Below, piece after piece: positions 37,471 to 46,898 of a stretch of 64,000 bases of DNA. The notes below the pieces were generated by a model, which made no database searches, was not told the DNA's origin, and saw only the letters and a program-made list of their open reading frames with translations. The number at the start of each line of letters is the position of its first letter. Position 1 is the first letter of the stretch. Source of the DNA: an uncultured Candidatus Saccharibacteria bacterium (GTDB lineage: Bacteria; Patescibacteriota; Dojkabacteria; J137); NCBI GenBank assembly GCA_964561155.1, contig CAZLOI010000003.1, forward strand, positions 16,832-80,831, given 5' to 3'. The translations under genes were made by a program, and so were the position numbers.

Positions 37471-38424
37471 TTAAGTTATCCATATAACTACGTTTCCTTT
37501 CTTGTGACCCGTATCTACATGTTTATGAGCTTCTACTATCTCCTCTAGCTTGTAAACTCTATCTATAACCACTTTCAATTTCCCAGAAGTAACTAATTCT
37601 AGTAAAAAAACTAAATCTTCTTTTCTTTCTGGTGCAGTTCCTTGTACTACATTTTTCCCAGAGAAGATCATGTCCCTTAAACCTGCTACAACAAGAAGCA
37701 AAAGTCCATTTTCATTTAAGCGTTCTTTTGTTTCCCTTATTGGGAGACTTCCAATGGTATCTAGTATTAAGTCATATTTCTGATCCTTTTCAAGAAAGTT
37801 CTCTTTATTGTAATCAATCACATAATCTGCACCCAAGGATTTAACTAGCTCATGATTAGTAGATGAGCAAACCGCAGTAACTTCAGCACCGTAGTATTTT
37901 GCTAATTGTATAGCATTTGTACCAACTGCTCCTGAAGCACCGTTTATCAAAATCTTTTGTCCTTCTTTAATTTTGGCGAGATCTCGAAGGTAGTAAAGAG
38001 CTGTAGTACCACCGAAAGGTAAACCTGCAGCTTCGTTAAAACCTAAGTTTTCAGGCATTTTGACAATCGCCTTGTTCTCAGAAACACTAATATACTCTGC
38101 ATGAGCAGCCATCTTCATACCAGTCATTCCAAATACCGTATCGCCAACTTGAAAACTTTTCACATCCATTCCAACTGCTTCTACGGTACCTGCAAAAGTA
38201 CCTCCTAGTATCTTCTTTCTTGGTTTGAATAACCCAAATACTAGTCTAGCAGGCAAGCTAAAACCTGGTGGGAATTTCGCTCCTCTAACTCTAGAATCAG
38301 ATGTGTTAACTGATGTTGCTGAAATTTTAACAAGTACCTCATCGTCTTTTATTATTGGTTTCTCTACTTCAGAAACATTTACTGCTTCAGGTGGACCATA
38401 GTTTTCGTAAACGGCTGCTTTCAT
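37471..38424 (-). CDS. MDR-superfamily NAD(P)H-dependent quinone oxidoreductase / alcohol dehydrogenase-like
   Basis: GroES-like N-domain, Rossmann motif INGASGAVGTNAIQLAK. Confidence 0.75.
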   Translation of the reverse strand: MKAAVYENYGPPEAVNVSEVEKPIIKDDEVLVKISATSVNTSDSRVRGAKFPPGFSLPARLVFGLFKPRKKILGGTFAGTVEAVGMDVKSFQVGDTVFGMTGMKMAAHAEYISVSENKAIVKMPENLGFNEAAGLPFGGTTALYYLRDLAKIKEGQKILINGASGAVGTNAIQLAKYYGAEVTAVCSSTNHELVKSLGADYVIDYNKENFLEKDQKYDLILDTIGSLPIRETKERLNENGLLLLVVAGLRDMIFSGKNVVQGTAPERKEDLVFLLELVTSGKLKVVIDRVYKLEEIVEAHKHVDTGHKKGNVVIWIT

Positions 38425-38498
38425 TTGTGATTAGGAAAAAAATCTAATTATTAATATTACTTAATGGGAAATCTGGTGTCAAACTGTATGAGTGTATA

Positions 38499-38569
38499 AG
38501 CGAGATACGAGGTTCGAACTCGTGCCATATCCTTGGGAAGGACACGTACTACCACTATACTAATCCCGC
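38499..38569 (-). tRNA. tRNA-Gly (anticodon CCC), discriminator U, no encoded CCA
   Basis: Hand-folded: acceptor GCGGGAT/ATCTCGC, anticodon stem TGTCC/GGATA with loop TTCCCAA, T-arm ACGAG-TTCGAAC-CTCGT. Confidence 0.8.
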
Positions 38570-38622
38570 GTATTAGGATTATATCGTTGTTGAAAGAAAA
38601 GAGAAAGAAGAAGCCGGTGGGT

Positions 38623-38730
38623 TATTAGAGACTTCTAATAACACTTATGCACAACTTACCTCCGCCCCACGAGACGTAGGAATTGTTGGACCGTTTTACC
38701 GTAATATGTTGAAGTTCTATGGCCACCGGC
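38623..38730. ncRNA. Candidate structured small RNA (GC-rich, bounded by an 8-bp inverted repeat, with an internal perfect 9-bp hairpin)
   Basis: GCCGGTGG (38623-38630) pairs with CCACCGGC (38723-38730); internal GTTATTAGA-gact-TCTAATAAC hairpin; locally GC-rich within AT-rich non-coding DNA next to tRNA-Gly. Confidence 0.25.
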
Positions 38731-38859
38731 TACATAAATTATAAGACCTAACATTTAATTTCGTCTACTATTACCTTGAGATTCCTTGTTATGTATATGA
38801 AATTTATTAGTAGTACGTTAGTTTTAATTTATATATAATGAACTGTTTAGAACTAACTT

Positions 38860-39378
38860 ATGAATCCTGCAATTATTTCTGTTTTAATTTGTGAAGTATT
38901 ATTAATTGTCTTTGCTGTATACCTTATCATTTCTTGGATTAGTCAAACCCCATTCTACCCTTCTTCTACGAAACAGTTGGACAATCTACTTTCTGACCCT
39001 AGTATTTCCTTACCATCAACTATACGTTTTGTTGATATTGGTTCAGGAGATGGACGTTTTGTTATCTGGGCTGCGAGGAAAGGTTTTGAAGCTAGCGGTA
39101 TTGAATACAACCCTTTCTTGAGTATCTGGAGCAAGTTTAAGATATTCGTTAGAAGGTTAAACAATGCGAAGATATATAACGCGGACTTCTATAAGCATGA
39201 TTTCAGTAGTTACAATTTTGCATATATGTATATCTTCTCGGAGCATATGGACAAGATTAAAGACAAGCTTCTTAAGGAGATGGATAAGGGTAGTATTATA
39301 GTTACGAATTCATTTAAATTCAGTAATTTGGAGCCAGATGCTAAAATAGGCAAGTATAATATTTACTACATTAAGTAA
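38860..39378 (+). CDS. Class I SAM-dependent methyltransferase with N-terminal TM segment
   Basis: Motif I VDIGSGDGRFV. Confidence 0.55.
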   Translation: MNPAIISVLICEVLLIVFAVYLIISWISQTPFYPSSTKQLDNLLSDPSISLPSTIRFVDIGSGDGRFVIWAARKGFEASGIEYNPFLSIWSKFKIFVRRLNNAKIYNADFYKHDFSSYNFAYMYIFSEHMDKIKDKLLKEMDKGSIIVTNSFKFSNLEPDAKIGKYNIYYIK

Positions 39379-39411
39379 TAGCGATTAGCTAGCACTTGTT
39401 AAGTATAGAAA

Positions 39412-39993
39412 ATGAGATTATTTATAGCGTTGTATCCACCGCAAAGCTACCTTAAGTACATTACTTCGGTAATGCGGGAGTTTGACAAAGAGAAGAGAAA
39501 TCTTAGGAATGTTGCGTTGGAACAGATCCACGTTACTCTAAAGTTTATTGGTTCTGAAGTTAGTGTTCATAGCTACGAAGCTATATTAGACATGCTTAAG
39601 AAGTTCGAAGGACAATATACAAAGCCTGAGATTAAGAGTCATGCAATTAGACTAGGGTTTCCAGGGCAGATTGATCCTAGACACCTTCTAGTTGAGATTG
39701 AATCTACAGATACTCTATTAGAGCTTTCAGATTCTATTCACAAGCTAATTAAGCACTTGGCTCTACGGGATACTATTAAGTGGAAGGACAAGCAGTTTAA
39801 TGAATTCCATGTTTCTATAGCGAAGTTAAAGGACAGTGCATCTTCAACTAAAGGAAAGGATATAAAGAAGATGGCTGCAGCTCTTAGAACAAAGATGCAT
39901 GAACCTTTCTTTCCTGAGGAGATGGTATTGGTTGAAAGTGTGTTTGAAGACAACGTTCCAAAGTACAAGAAACTAGCTAGTATTAGGCTTTAA
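39412..39993 (+). CDS. thpR: RNA 2',3'-cyclic phosphodiesterase (2H family, LigT/ThpR)
   Basis: Two H-x-T/S-x motifs (HVTLKF and HVSIAKL). Confidence 0.7.
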   Translation: MRLFIALYPPQSYLKYITSVMREFDKEKRNLRNVALEQIHVTLKFIGSEVSVHSYEAILDMLKKFEGQYTKPEIKSHAIRLGFPGQIDPRHLLVEIESTDTLLELSDSIHKLIKHLALRDTIKWKDKQFNEFHVSIAKLKDSASSTKGKDIKKMAAALRTKMHEPFFPEEMVLVESVFEDNVPKYKKLASIRL

Positions 39994-40375
39994 AGTTACT
40001 TAGCTCTACTGCATAGTGGGCTATTTTCTCAGCAACTATTTCCCAGTCTACACTCGAATGGTCTTCACTATGTCTATAGATTACTTCACTTGAATACTCT
40101 AAGAGATCGAAGAATGGTTTGTATGTAAATGCACCAAGATTTAGTTCCTTCGGTAGCTTTCTTATTTGTAATTTACTACCAATCTGAATTAGTTCTTTAA
40201 GAGACAATAGCCCTTTATGGAAGAGCTTGTAGGACCTCAACCAAACACTGCCATACAATGCTTGATCGAAAGTTTGTGTATCTGGTAAGAGTAGTTCGAA
40301 TACAAGATGGACTTTATCTGTATTGAATGGCTTACTATTTATTAGTTCAACTTTTGGCTTATTCAACTTCGTCAT
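39983..40375 (-). CDS. Hypothetical protein (130 aa), last gene of the minus-strand cluster
   Basis: ORF overlaps the histidine kinase stop by 17 nt; no receiver-domain motifs. Confidence 0.35.
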   Translation of the reverse strand: MTKLNKPKVELINSKPFNTDKVHLVFELLLPDTQTFDQALYGSVWLRSYKLFHKGLLSLKELIQIGSKLQIRKLPKELNLGAFTYKPFFDLLEYSSEVIYRHSEDHSSVDWEIVAEKIAHYAVELSNFKA

Positions 40376-42035
40376 CTTCTACTTTTCTCTGTTCCTGCAT
40401 ATTTAGTTGTCCGTTATACAGTGGTAGTCTAATTATGAACTTACTACCCTTCCCTAGTTCACTTTGAACTTCGTAACTACCATCCATAATCTTGGTTAGA
40501 CTGAATGCAACATACAATCCTAATCCAGTTCCTCCTGGCCTTATTACCTGCTTAGTTTCTTCTGGTTTCTCATTTGCTTTAGTTATATATTGATCAACTC
40601 TGTAGAATTTCTTACCAAGTTTCTTTATATCATCTTCTGTCATACCTATACCTGTATCAGCAACTTCAATAGTTAAGTTGTTTTCATCTTTAATCAAGGA
40701 AACCTCTACCTTACCCTTATCAGTATATTTAACAGCATTACTTAGCAAGTTATCTACAATCTCTTGTGTTCTTATCCTATCTGCATATGCCAAGAACTCA
40801 CCAGTAGTATTAAAGAGTACATCGACTCCTTTCTTTGCACCTTCTTTTTTAAATAGTTCTAATGAATCATTAACCACATCCAAAACATCTACTTTTTCAA
40901 ACATAAGTTGGAACCCTCTACTATCTGCTTTTGCTGAAGAAAGTAGTGTTTCAACAAGTCTAACTTCTCGTCTTGCTGATTCCATTGCTATATCTAGATA
41001 CCTTGCCAGTTTTTCTTGAGGAATAGTTCCATTCTTCTTGAACTCCATTTCCATAACACCCAATGAGTTTCTAACAATTGTAATTGGTGTTCTAAGTTCA
41101 TGCCCCATGATATCGATCATATCTTGTTCGTGCTGACGTAAACCTTGCACCTGTTTGTATGCTTTTTCTAATTCTTCTCTCTGTTTTATCTCTTTTACGA
41201 CACCTCTTACAAGTAATACAGATATACCTACAAAGAATACAAGAATTATCAGTTTAATTGCCTGTTCCAGTAGATTATTGCTAAGTGCTAGTATATCTAC
41301 TACTAGTAGCATTCCAACAATTCCTATAAGGAACGATGTTAAGGCAATTTTGACATTCATAAATTTCCTACGGAGAATTGCAACGGCTGTAAATATTATG
41401 AAGAAAATAGCAGCGTAATCACCAAAATGCTGATATCGTACTGTTCCTAAAATATCCGGTAGTAAAATATTGAAGACTATATTCAAGAAAATTGCTAGGA
41501 AAGTTCCAACAAGAAAGTAAGCCACTTTACGTCTCTCAATTGAAGGTAACTTGAAGTATCTTGTGATTAGTAGAATCACAACAACTAGATTAATTAATAG
41601 AACTAATGTACTAAATAACTCATAGCCGGGGCCAAATGTAAACTCATTCCCCCACTCCTGACGTGTTACTGTGACAATCATTAGATCAGTCAACAGGAAT
41701 AATATTGAAAATGTTAAACATATCACAAATAATGCAGCTCTGAAAATCCTATTTACAATTTTTAGGAAAGATTCAATATAAAGCATGTATTCAGCAAATA
41801 GAAAGAACGCGACAAATGCCCCATTGATATTGTAGAAAAGAAGCGCTAAGGAAGAATTTGGTTCAACGTAGCCCAGATAAGCAAAATTTACCCATCCTAA
41901 AATTGTTACTGTCATTACACTGAGCCAGCGATGCACAGGATCTTTAGTAGAATTGGCCACTATAATGATTAACAGAAATATACTTCCTGTATTAATTACT
42001 GTTAACACAATTATATCTATAATATTTTGAAACAT
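40359..42035 (-). CDS. Sensor histidine kinase with about 270-aa multi-TM (7TM-type) N-terminal sensor domain
   Basis: HisKA H-box MGHELRTPIT, HATPase_c N/G boxes (LLSNAVKYT, EVADTGIGM, GGTGLGL); no response regulator nearby. Confidence 0.8.
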   Translation of the reverse strand: MFQNIIDIIVLTVINTGSIFLLIIIVANSTKDPVHRWLSVMTVTILGWVNFAYLGYVEPNSSLALLFYNINGAFVAFFLFAEYMLYIESFLKIVNRIFRAALFVICLTFSILFLLTDLMIVTVTRQEWGNEFTFGPGYELFSTLVLLINLVVVILLITRYFKLPSIERRKVAYFLVGTFLAIFLNIVFNILLPDILGTVRYQHFGDYAAIFFIIFTAVAILRRKFMNVKIALTSFLIGIVGMLLVVDILALSNNLLEQAIKLIILVFFVGISVLLVRGVVKEIKQREELEKAYKQVQGLRQHEQDMIDIMGHELRTPITIVRNSLGVMEMEFKKNGTIPQEKLARYLDIAMESARREVRLVETLLSSAKADSRGFQLMFEKVDVLDVVNDSLELFKKEGAKKGVDVLFNTTGEFLAYADRIRTQEIVDNLLSNAVKYTDKGKVEVSLIKDENNLTIEVADTGIGMTEDDIKKLGKKFYRVDQYITKANEKPEETKQVIRPGGTGLGLYVAFSLTKIMDGSYEVQSELGKGSKFIIRLPLYNGQLNMQEQRKVEDDEVE

Positions 42036-42039
42036 ATGG

Positions 42040-42906
42040 TTATGTTAATAATCTTCCAATAAATATAATGATGGGCCAGAAGGTGGATTCACCATCTACA
42101 ACTATATAAGAGAATAATCTTAAGTTCTCTGCCTGTGCAGATAGCCCTTTATTTAGGTAAATGATACCACTAATAAATGTAAATCCAAGAAATATTGCAA
42201 CTGTAGGTAAGTAACCTAGGTATACACCAAGTAGTATAGGTAACAAAGACAATAGATTTATAATGTGCAACAGCTTTATTGTTTTCTCTCTTCCTAGGTA
42301 TACAGGAACTGTTCTTACGTCATCTGCTTTATCGCTTTCAATATCCTTTATGTCGAAGAAAATATTATTCACAACTTCGCGCATAAAAACGAATAGCGAG
42401 ACAAAGATAAAAGGCGTTAGAGAGTCAATTACGTAGGCCAGAGGTACTACTAGAACTAGAATAGCCCAAAAGAATGCAGTATAGAAATTTTTAAACCCGA
42501 GTACCTGTACCCATTTGAAGTACTCTGTATACAGTATCCCGCTAAACACTATTACCAGCACAAGAATTGATGTCATCCAGTTTGTAAAAACTAATAATAT
42601 CCCAAGCAGCACAATACATAAATAGAATACGAATTTCATTCGAGTCTTCTTTTCGATTACATGTTTTACTCTTTCTGGGTTACTAATAGCATCTGCGTTT
42701 AGTTCACGCAAATAGTTATATCTATATACGATCTGGGGGATTAGATAGACAATAAATAGTAGAGCAGTATTAATCCAAAGTCCAAAGATCATTATAGTTC
42801 CTAATACTATACCAACTGTCCCTAAAGAGACTAGATGCGCACCATACAATAGTTCTAGTCCAATTCCTCCTAACTTCTTCCTTATGTAGCTTTGCTGTAT
42901 CTTCAT
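42040..42906 (-). CDS. UbiA-family aromatic/polyprenyl prenyltransferase (membrane)
   Basis: Multi-TM protein with Asp-rich FDIKDIESDKADD motif. Confidence 0.55.
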   Translation of the reverse strand: MKIQQSYIRKKLGGIGLELLYGAHLVSLGTVGIVLGTIMIFGLWINTALLFIVYLIPQIVYRYNYLRELNADAISNPERVKHVIEKKTRMKFVFYLCIVLLGILLVFTNWMTSILVLVIVFSGILYTEYFKWVQVLGFKNFYTAFFWAILVLVVPLAYVIDSLTPFIFVSLFVFMREVVNNIFFDIKDIESDKADDVRTVPVYLGREKTIKLLHIINLLSLLPILLGVYLGYLPTVAIFLGFTFISGIIYLNKGLSAQAENLRLFSYIVVDGESTFWPIIIFIGRLLT

Positions 42907-42987
42907 TGATCCAATTTATCAAAAAAGTTAGAAATTAACAATGTATACGACTTCCTTAGATCGATTTCTAAGATTGCAATTGTATTG

Positions 42988-43791
42988 TTATAGTTGAACT
43001 CTTTTTTCCAATACATTAATTTTATTCTCTAGTTCCCTGTACTTCAAGGCATTCATTATTGATGATGAAACATGTTCAACAAAAGAACTTAAAATCTCAA
43101 ACTCATTATTGAAATTATCTCCGTTATTCTTTGAGAATATTATTGCCCCAATAGCGGTGTTATCAACAATCATTGGAAATGAGATTACGCAACTAGTACC
43201 ATTAAATCTTTGTATTGTATCTGATATTTTGTCTGAAAAAACTTTCTTTGAAAAATCGCGCAACAATTTACTTGTTAGTGGTTGCCTCTCAATGATAGAT
43301 TTAACAACAAAATTCTCTATTTCTCTTAGTGAGATCTTTAAAGTGTTGAACGCCTGAGGAAGGATCTGATTTACAAATTTGGTATACCAAGTATCTGTCT
43401 GTGTCTTAGCATATACATACTGATCATCACAAAGGAATACTAAACAGCCAAATAAATTCAGATCGTAGGCAATTTGATTAGCAGCATTCTGAAGCAAATG
43501 ATCGATATCTAGAGAACTGCTAAGCTTTTTTGCCAGCTCTACAAGTCCGGGTAGTTCATTAACTTCCAGCTCAAATAATGACATTGCGTCATAAGATTTA
43601 AGTTCTAACGCATCAATTATTTTTCTCAATGTTTCCTTTGTTGGATTAACTTGTCCACTCTCAATTCTTGACATACTACCAGGCGAAGCTTCAATTTCAA
43701 GCTCTAGCTCAAACTGACTTTTCCCAGCCCTTTTCCTAAAGTTCCTAATTTTCTCGCCTATTTCTGTTTCTAGTTGCTTATTTGTTTCCAT
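42988..43791 (-). CDS. XRE-family HTH + GAF-like sensor domain transcription regulator (paralog 1)
   Basis: IGEKIRNFRKRAGKSQFELELEIEASPGSMSRIESGQ HTH; C-terminal domain with AIGAIIFSK and FVEHVSSSIMNA GAF-like motifs. Confidence 0.55.
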   Translation of the reverse strand: METNKQLETEIGEKIRNFRKRAGKSQFELELEIEASPGSMSRIESGQVNPTKETLRKIIDALELKSYDAMSLFELEVNELPGLVELAKKLSSSLDIDHLLQNAANQIAYDLNLFGCLVFLCDDQYVYAKTQTDTWYTKFVNQILPQAFNTLKISLREIENFVVKSIIERQPLTSKLLRDFSKKVFSDKISDTIQRFNGTSCVISFPMIVDNTAIGAIIFSKNNGDNFNNEFEILSSFVEHVSSSIMNALKYRELENKINVLEKRVQL

Positions 43792-44563
43792 ATTTTAGTA
43801 CATTAACCTCTGCTTGTAAGACTTCATATCTTTTCGCATTCATAATCGCTATTCCAACATGCTCTGCAAACACCTTGAGTACATTAATCTCTGCTTCAAA
43901 TTTATCAATAATCCCTTTAGAAAACAGTATTGCACCTATTGCCCTAGAATTGACTTCAATGGGAAAACAAAGCGTACATTTGGTACCATTCAGCTTCTGA
44001 ATCAAGTCCGCAACTTGATTTGGAATGAAACCTGAAGTGAAATTATTAAATACTGTACTGTACTGTGGAACCTTCTCTCTAATAGACTTGATGACGTAGT
44101 TATTGGGATTTTTTAACATCGATGCCTTTAGTTTTTTTAGAGGAATTGGCAACATATCCTGTATCTTTTTTGTGTGTACATTCTGTGACATCGCTTCAGC
44201 ATAGACATAATCACCTTCACACAGTAGTAATACACTTCCTAAGAAACCTAATTCATTAGTTATTTCATTAACTGCATATTGAAGTACTTCTTCAAAATCT
44301 AAGCTGCTACTTAACTTTTTTGCTAGATTAACCATTTTTGGGAACTCATCAAAATTCAGATTAAAGAGGGACCCAGCTTCAAAAACCTTGAGATCCAGAA
44401 CTTCAATTACCTTTTGAAGCGTTTCCTTCGTAGGATTAACCTGACCTGATTCAATCCTAGAGATACTTCCAGGTGACGCATTTATTCTAAGCTCAAGTTC
44501 GAACTGGCTTACTCCAGCTCTTTTCCTGAATCTCCTTATTTTCTCCCCTACTGCATTGTCCAT
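43778..44563 (-). CDS. XRE-family HTH + GAF-like regulator (paralog 2); start taken at MDNAVGEK by alignment to paralog 1
   Basis: VGEKIRRFRKRAGVSQFELELRINASPGSISRIESGQ; colinear with paralog 1 along the whole length (AIGAILFSK, FAEHVGIAIMNA). Confidence 0.55.
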   Translation of the reverse strand: MDNAVGEKIRRFRKRAGVSQFELELRINASPGSISRIESGQVNPTKETLQKVIEVLDLKVFEAGSLFNLNFDEFPKMVNLAKKLSSSLDFEEVLQYAVNEITNELGFLGSVLLLCEGDYVYAEAMSQNVHTKKIQDMLPIPLKKLKASMLKNPNNYVIKSIREKVPQYSTVFNNFTSGFIPNQVADLIQKLNGTKCTLCFPIEVNSRAIGAILFSKGIIDKFEAEINVLKVFAEHVGIAIMNAKRYEVLQAEVNVLKYGNK

Positions 44564-44590
44564 ATATACTGACAAAATTTCTAAGATTAT

Positions 44591-44618
44591 ACACAATAAA
44601 TGCTCAAAAACATTGTGT
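44591..44618. promoter_or_regulatory. Inverted repeat ACACAAT-N14-ATTGTGT overlapping an extended -10 (TGTGTATAAT on the minus strand) upstream of HTH-GAF paralog 2; candidate operator
   Basis: Palindrome read directly from the sequence; TGTGTATAAT on the minus strand about 25 nt before the ATG. Confidence 0.3.
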
Positions 44619-44630
44619 CGTAATACAAAT

Positions 44631-45707
44631 TTATCTATCTCTAGAAATAATGTAGTCACTTAAACCTATGAAGAACTCAATTGAAGAGTGTTTACTGTCA
44701 AAATTACTTAGTAACGAATCCTTAGCTACTTCAACAGAAGCTCTCGCCATCTTTCTTGCATATGCCAATGCGCCTGAATCTTCGACAATTTTTTGTGCTA
44801 TTAACCACTCTTCTTTCCCAATATCTTGATTTCCTAGTATCCACTCTAACTTAGATCTACTATCTTCATCTGTGTTGTAACTAGCATAAACAACCAGCAA
44901 GGTTCTCTTTCCTTCCTTTAAATCTGAAAGTACAGGCTTTCCAAGGGTTGCTTCATCTCCGTATAATCCCAATATGTCATCTACGATTTGGTATGTAATA
45001 CCGCATGGTGTAGCAAACATCGATAGACCTTTAAGATCTTCTTCAGAAGCACCACCTAATATAGCTCCTACGACCATGGGATTTTCAAATGTATACTTTC
45101 CTGTTTTGTATCTATATATTTGAAGAACATCTTCTTCTTCGAGCTTGTCATGAACACCTCCCCAGACATCAATAAATTGTCCGTAACAAGTATTTATTAT
45201 AGTTCTCTGGATATGATGAGAAACTAGAAGCTTTCTCTTGTCATCAAACTTCGTTTCTAGAATTAACTTGTTCGCTAAGTGCGCTATGGCGTCCCCTACA
45301 ACAACAGCGATTGAGTTTCCAAAATGTATCCATTCAGGTTGAGAAAAATCTAAGTTTGAATTTCCATTGGCGTACATCCAATGTATCGTCTTCTTTCCAT
45401 GTCTAGTATCCGCTCTGTCCATGACATCATCGTGAATGAGCAAGTATAGATGATATAGTTCAATTGCTGCAGCTATCTTGTATATATCTTCCTCCTCTTT
45501 GTCTGTGAAAAGCTTGTATGAATAATACACGAGGGCTCCTCTTAGACCTTTACCGCCAGTCGCTATCGACAAAAGGTTGTCGTATAAATCTTTAAAAAGC
45601 GGGGAGATTTCTGAAGCTACAATAGCCTCATTACGTAGAGTCTCTAAGACGATTGCCTCTACCTTGGTAGCCACCTCTTTTAACCCTTTCTTGATATCCA
45701 TTGTCAA
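44631..45707 (-). CDS. Polyprenyl (isoprenyl) diphosphate synthase
   Basis: First Asp-rich motif LIHDDVMD, second Asp-rich motif VDDILG, conserved FQ...D.. and GK residues. Confidence 0.8.
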   Translation of the reverse strand: MTMDIKKGLKEVATKVEAIVLETLRNEAIVASEISPLFKDLYDNLLSIATGGKGLRGALVYYSYKLFTDKEEEDIYKIAAAIELYHLYLLIHDDVMDRADTRHGKKTIHWMYANGNSNLDFSQPEWIHFGNSIAVVVGDAIAHLANKLILETKFDDKRKLLVSHHIQRTIINTCYGQFIDVWGGVHDKLEEEDVLQIYRYKTGKYTFENPMVVGAILGGASEEDLKGLSMFATPCGITYQIVDDILGLYGDEATLGKPVLSDLKEGKRTLLVVYASYNTDEDSRSKLEWILGNQDIGKEEWLIAQKIVEDSGALAYARKMARASVEVAKDSLLSNFDSKHSSIEFFIGLSDYIISRDR

Positions 45708-45820
45708 TTCTAATTGTTTGTCAACGAATTATAGCAGTAAATATGAAAGAAACCAAGAGATAGACAATCCCATTAGGACTACAAGAGAAGAGGATTAAGG
45801 ATATAGATAGTATATATTGA

Positions 45821-46888
45821 TCAATATGGAATGTAACCGTAAGGATCAACAGCGAACCCATTTTTGAAAAGAGATATATGAAGGTGAACTCCAGTACTGT
45901 TACCAGACGTACCCATCATCATAATATTCTGCCCTTGCGATACCCTGTCTCCACTCTTTACCCAGAACTCACCACTTCCATGATAGTAGTGGCTAACAAT
46001 ACCTCCTCCGTGATCAATCTTTACATGATACCCTTCACCAAAGTTTCCCCATCCAGCATAGCTGACTACACCATTGGCGATAGCCTGAATTGGGCACCCA
46101 GGGTACCTAGAAAGGTCTACTCCATTGTGATATGACAAGTAGCCCCTCTGCCAAATATAACCTGCACAATCGGGGCTAGCTAAAGGATTGCTAAATACGC
46201 CTCTTGGAATATCGATAATTTGTCCTACATTGTCTGTACTCTTTAGGTTTCCATTAGGAATGAATAACTTCTGCCCAGGAGTTAACGCATATGGAGGAGT
46301 GAGGGTATTAAGTTCAATAACATTAAACCTGTTTGCCTCATCATTTGAAAGACTGGTAAACGATATAATACTATCGACCGTATCCCCTGCCTTAACTTCA
46401 TACAACACACCGTTGATCTCTGGAACTGTTAATACCATCCCCTCATCTATTTGATTCGTAAATGGATTAATAACATCGGTACTCGCCCAACGTATCGTAT
46501 CGGTAGTGACTCCATGGGTATCTGCAATTTCCTGCAAAGATTCACCTGCCTTAACAGTGTATTTTTCAGTAGCAATATTAATACCTCTTTCTGCATTCAA
46601 AAGAACTGTTTCAATAGAGCTTCCTTGATACAAAAGATCGCTAGTAGAAGCAAGCGTTGGCTCTGACGCTATTTGAGATGAACCTGCAACAAGATTAACC
46701 CTGTAAACAAGTCCTGAAATAGCAACAAAGGAGGTAACAGAGATGATTATTAAATGGATAATGTTTTTGTAGAGATAGCTTCGTCCCCAGAATAGTCTAC
46801 TTACGAACTTTGCCTGTACGTTGTACAAAGCATCGCTCCTTCTACGATTAGAAGGAGCAGGAAAAAGACTCGTCTGAGGAGATGCCAT
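45821..46888 (-). CDS. LysM-domain M23 family metallopeptidase
   Basis: Two LysM-like repeats (YTVKAGESLQEIA, YEVKAGDTVDSII); M23 motifs HNGVD and GNSTGVHLH. Confidence 0.75.
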   Translation of the reverse strand: MASPQTSLFPAPSNRRRSDALYNVQAKFVSRLFWGRSYLYKNIIHLIIISVTSFVAISGLVYRVNLVAGSSQIASEPTLASTSDLLYQGSSIETVLLNAERGINIATEKYTVKAGESLQEIADTHGVTTDTIRWASTDVINPFTNQIDEGMVLTVPEINGVLYEVKAGDTVDSIISFTSLSNDEANRFNVIELNTLTPPYALTPGQKLFIPNGNLKSTDNVGQIIDIPRGVFSNPLASPDCAGYIWQRGYLSYHNGVDLSRYPGCPIQAIANGVVSYAGWGNFGEGYHVKIDHGGGIVSHYYHGSGEFWVKSGDRVSQGQNIMMMGTSGNSTGVHLHISLFKNGFAVDPYGYIPY

Positions 46889-46898
46889 ACAACACTCC

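Noticed and set aside
38623-38730. Calling the structured element a 4.5S/SRP RNA
   Set aside because: It fits the size (about 100 nt, with terminal pairing). But I could not find the conserved helix-8 motif (GGUCCGGAAGGAAGCAGCC-like) on either strand, and the internal hairpin placement is atypical. It is left as an unclassified candidate.
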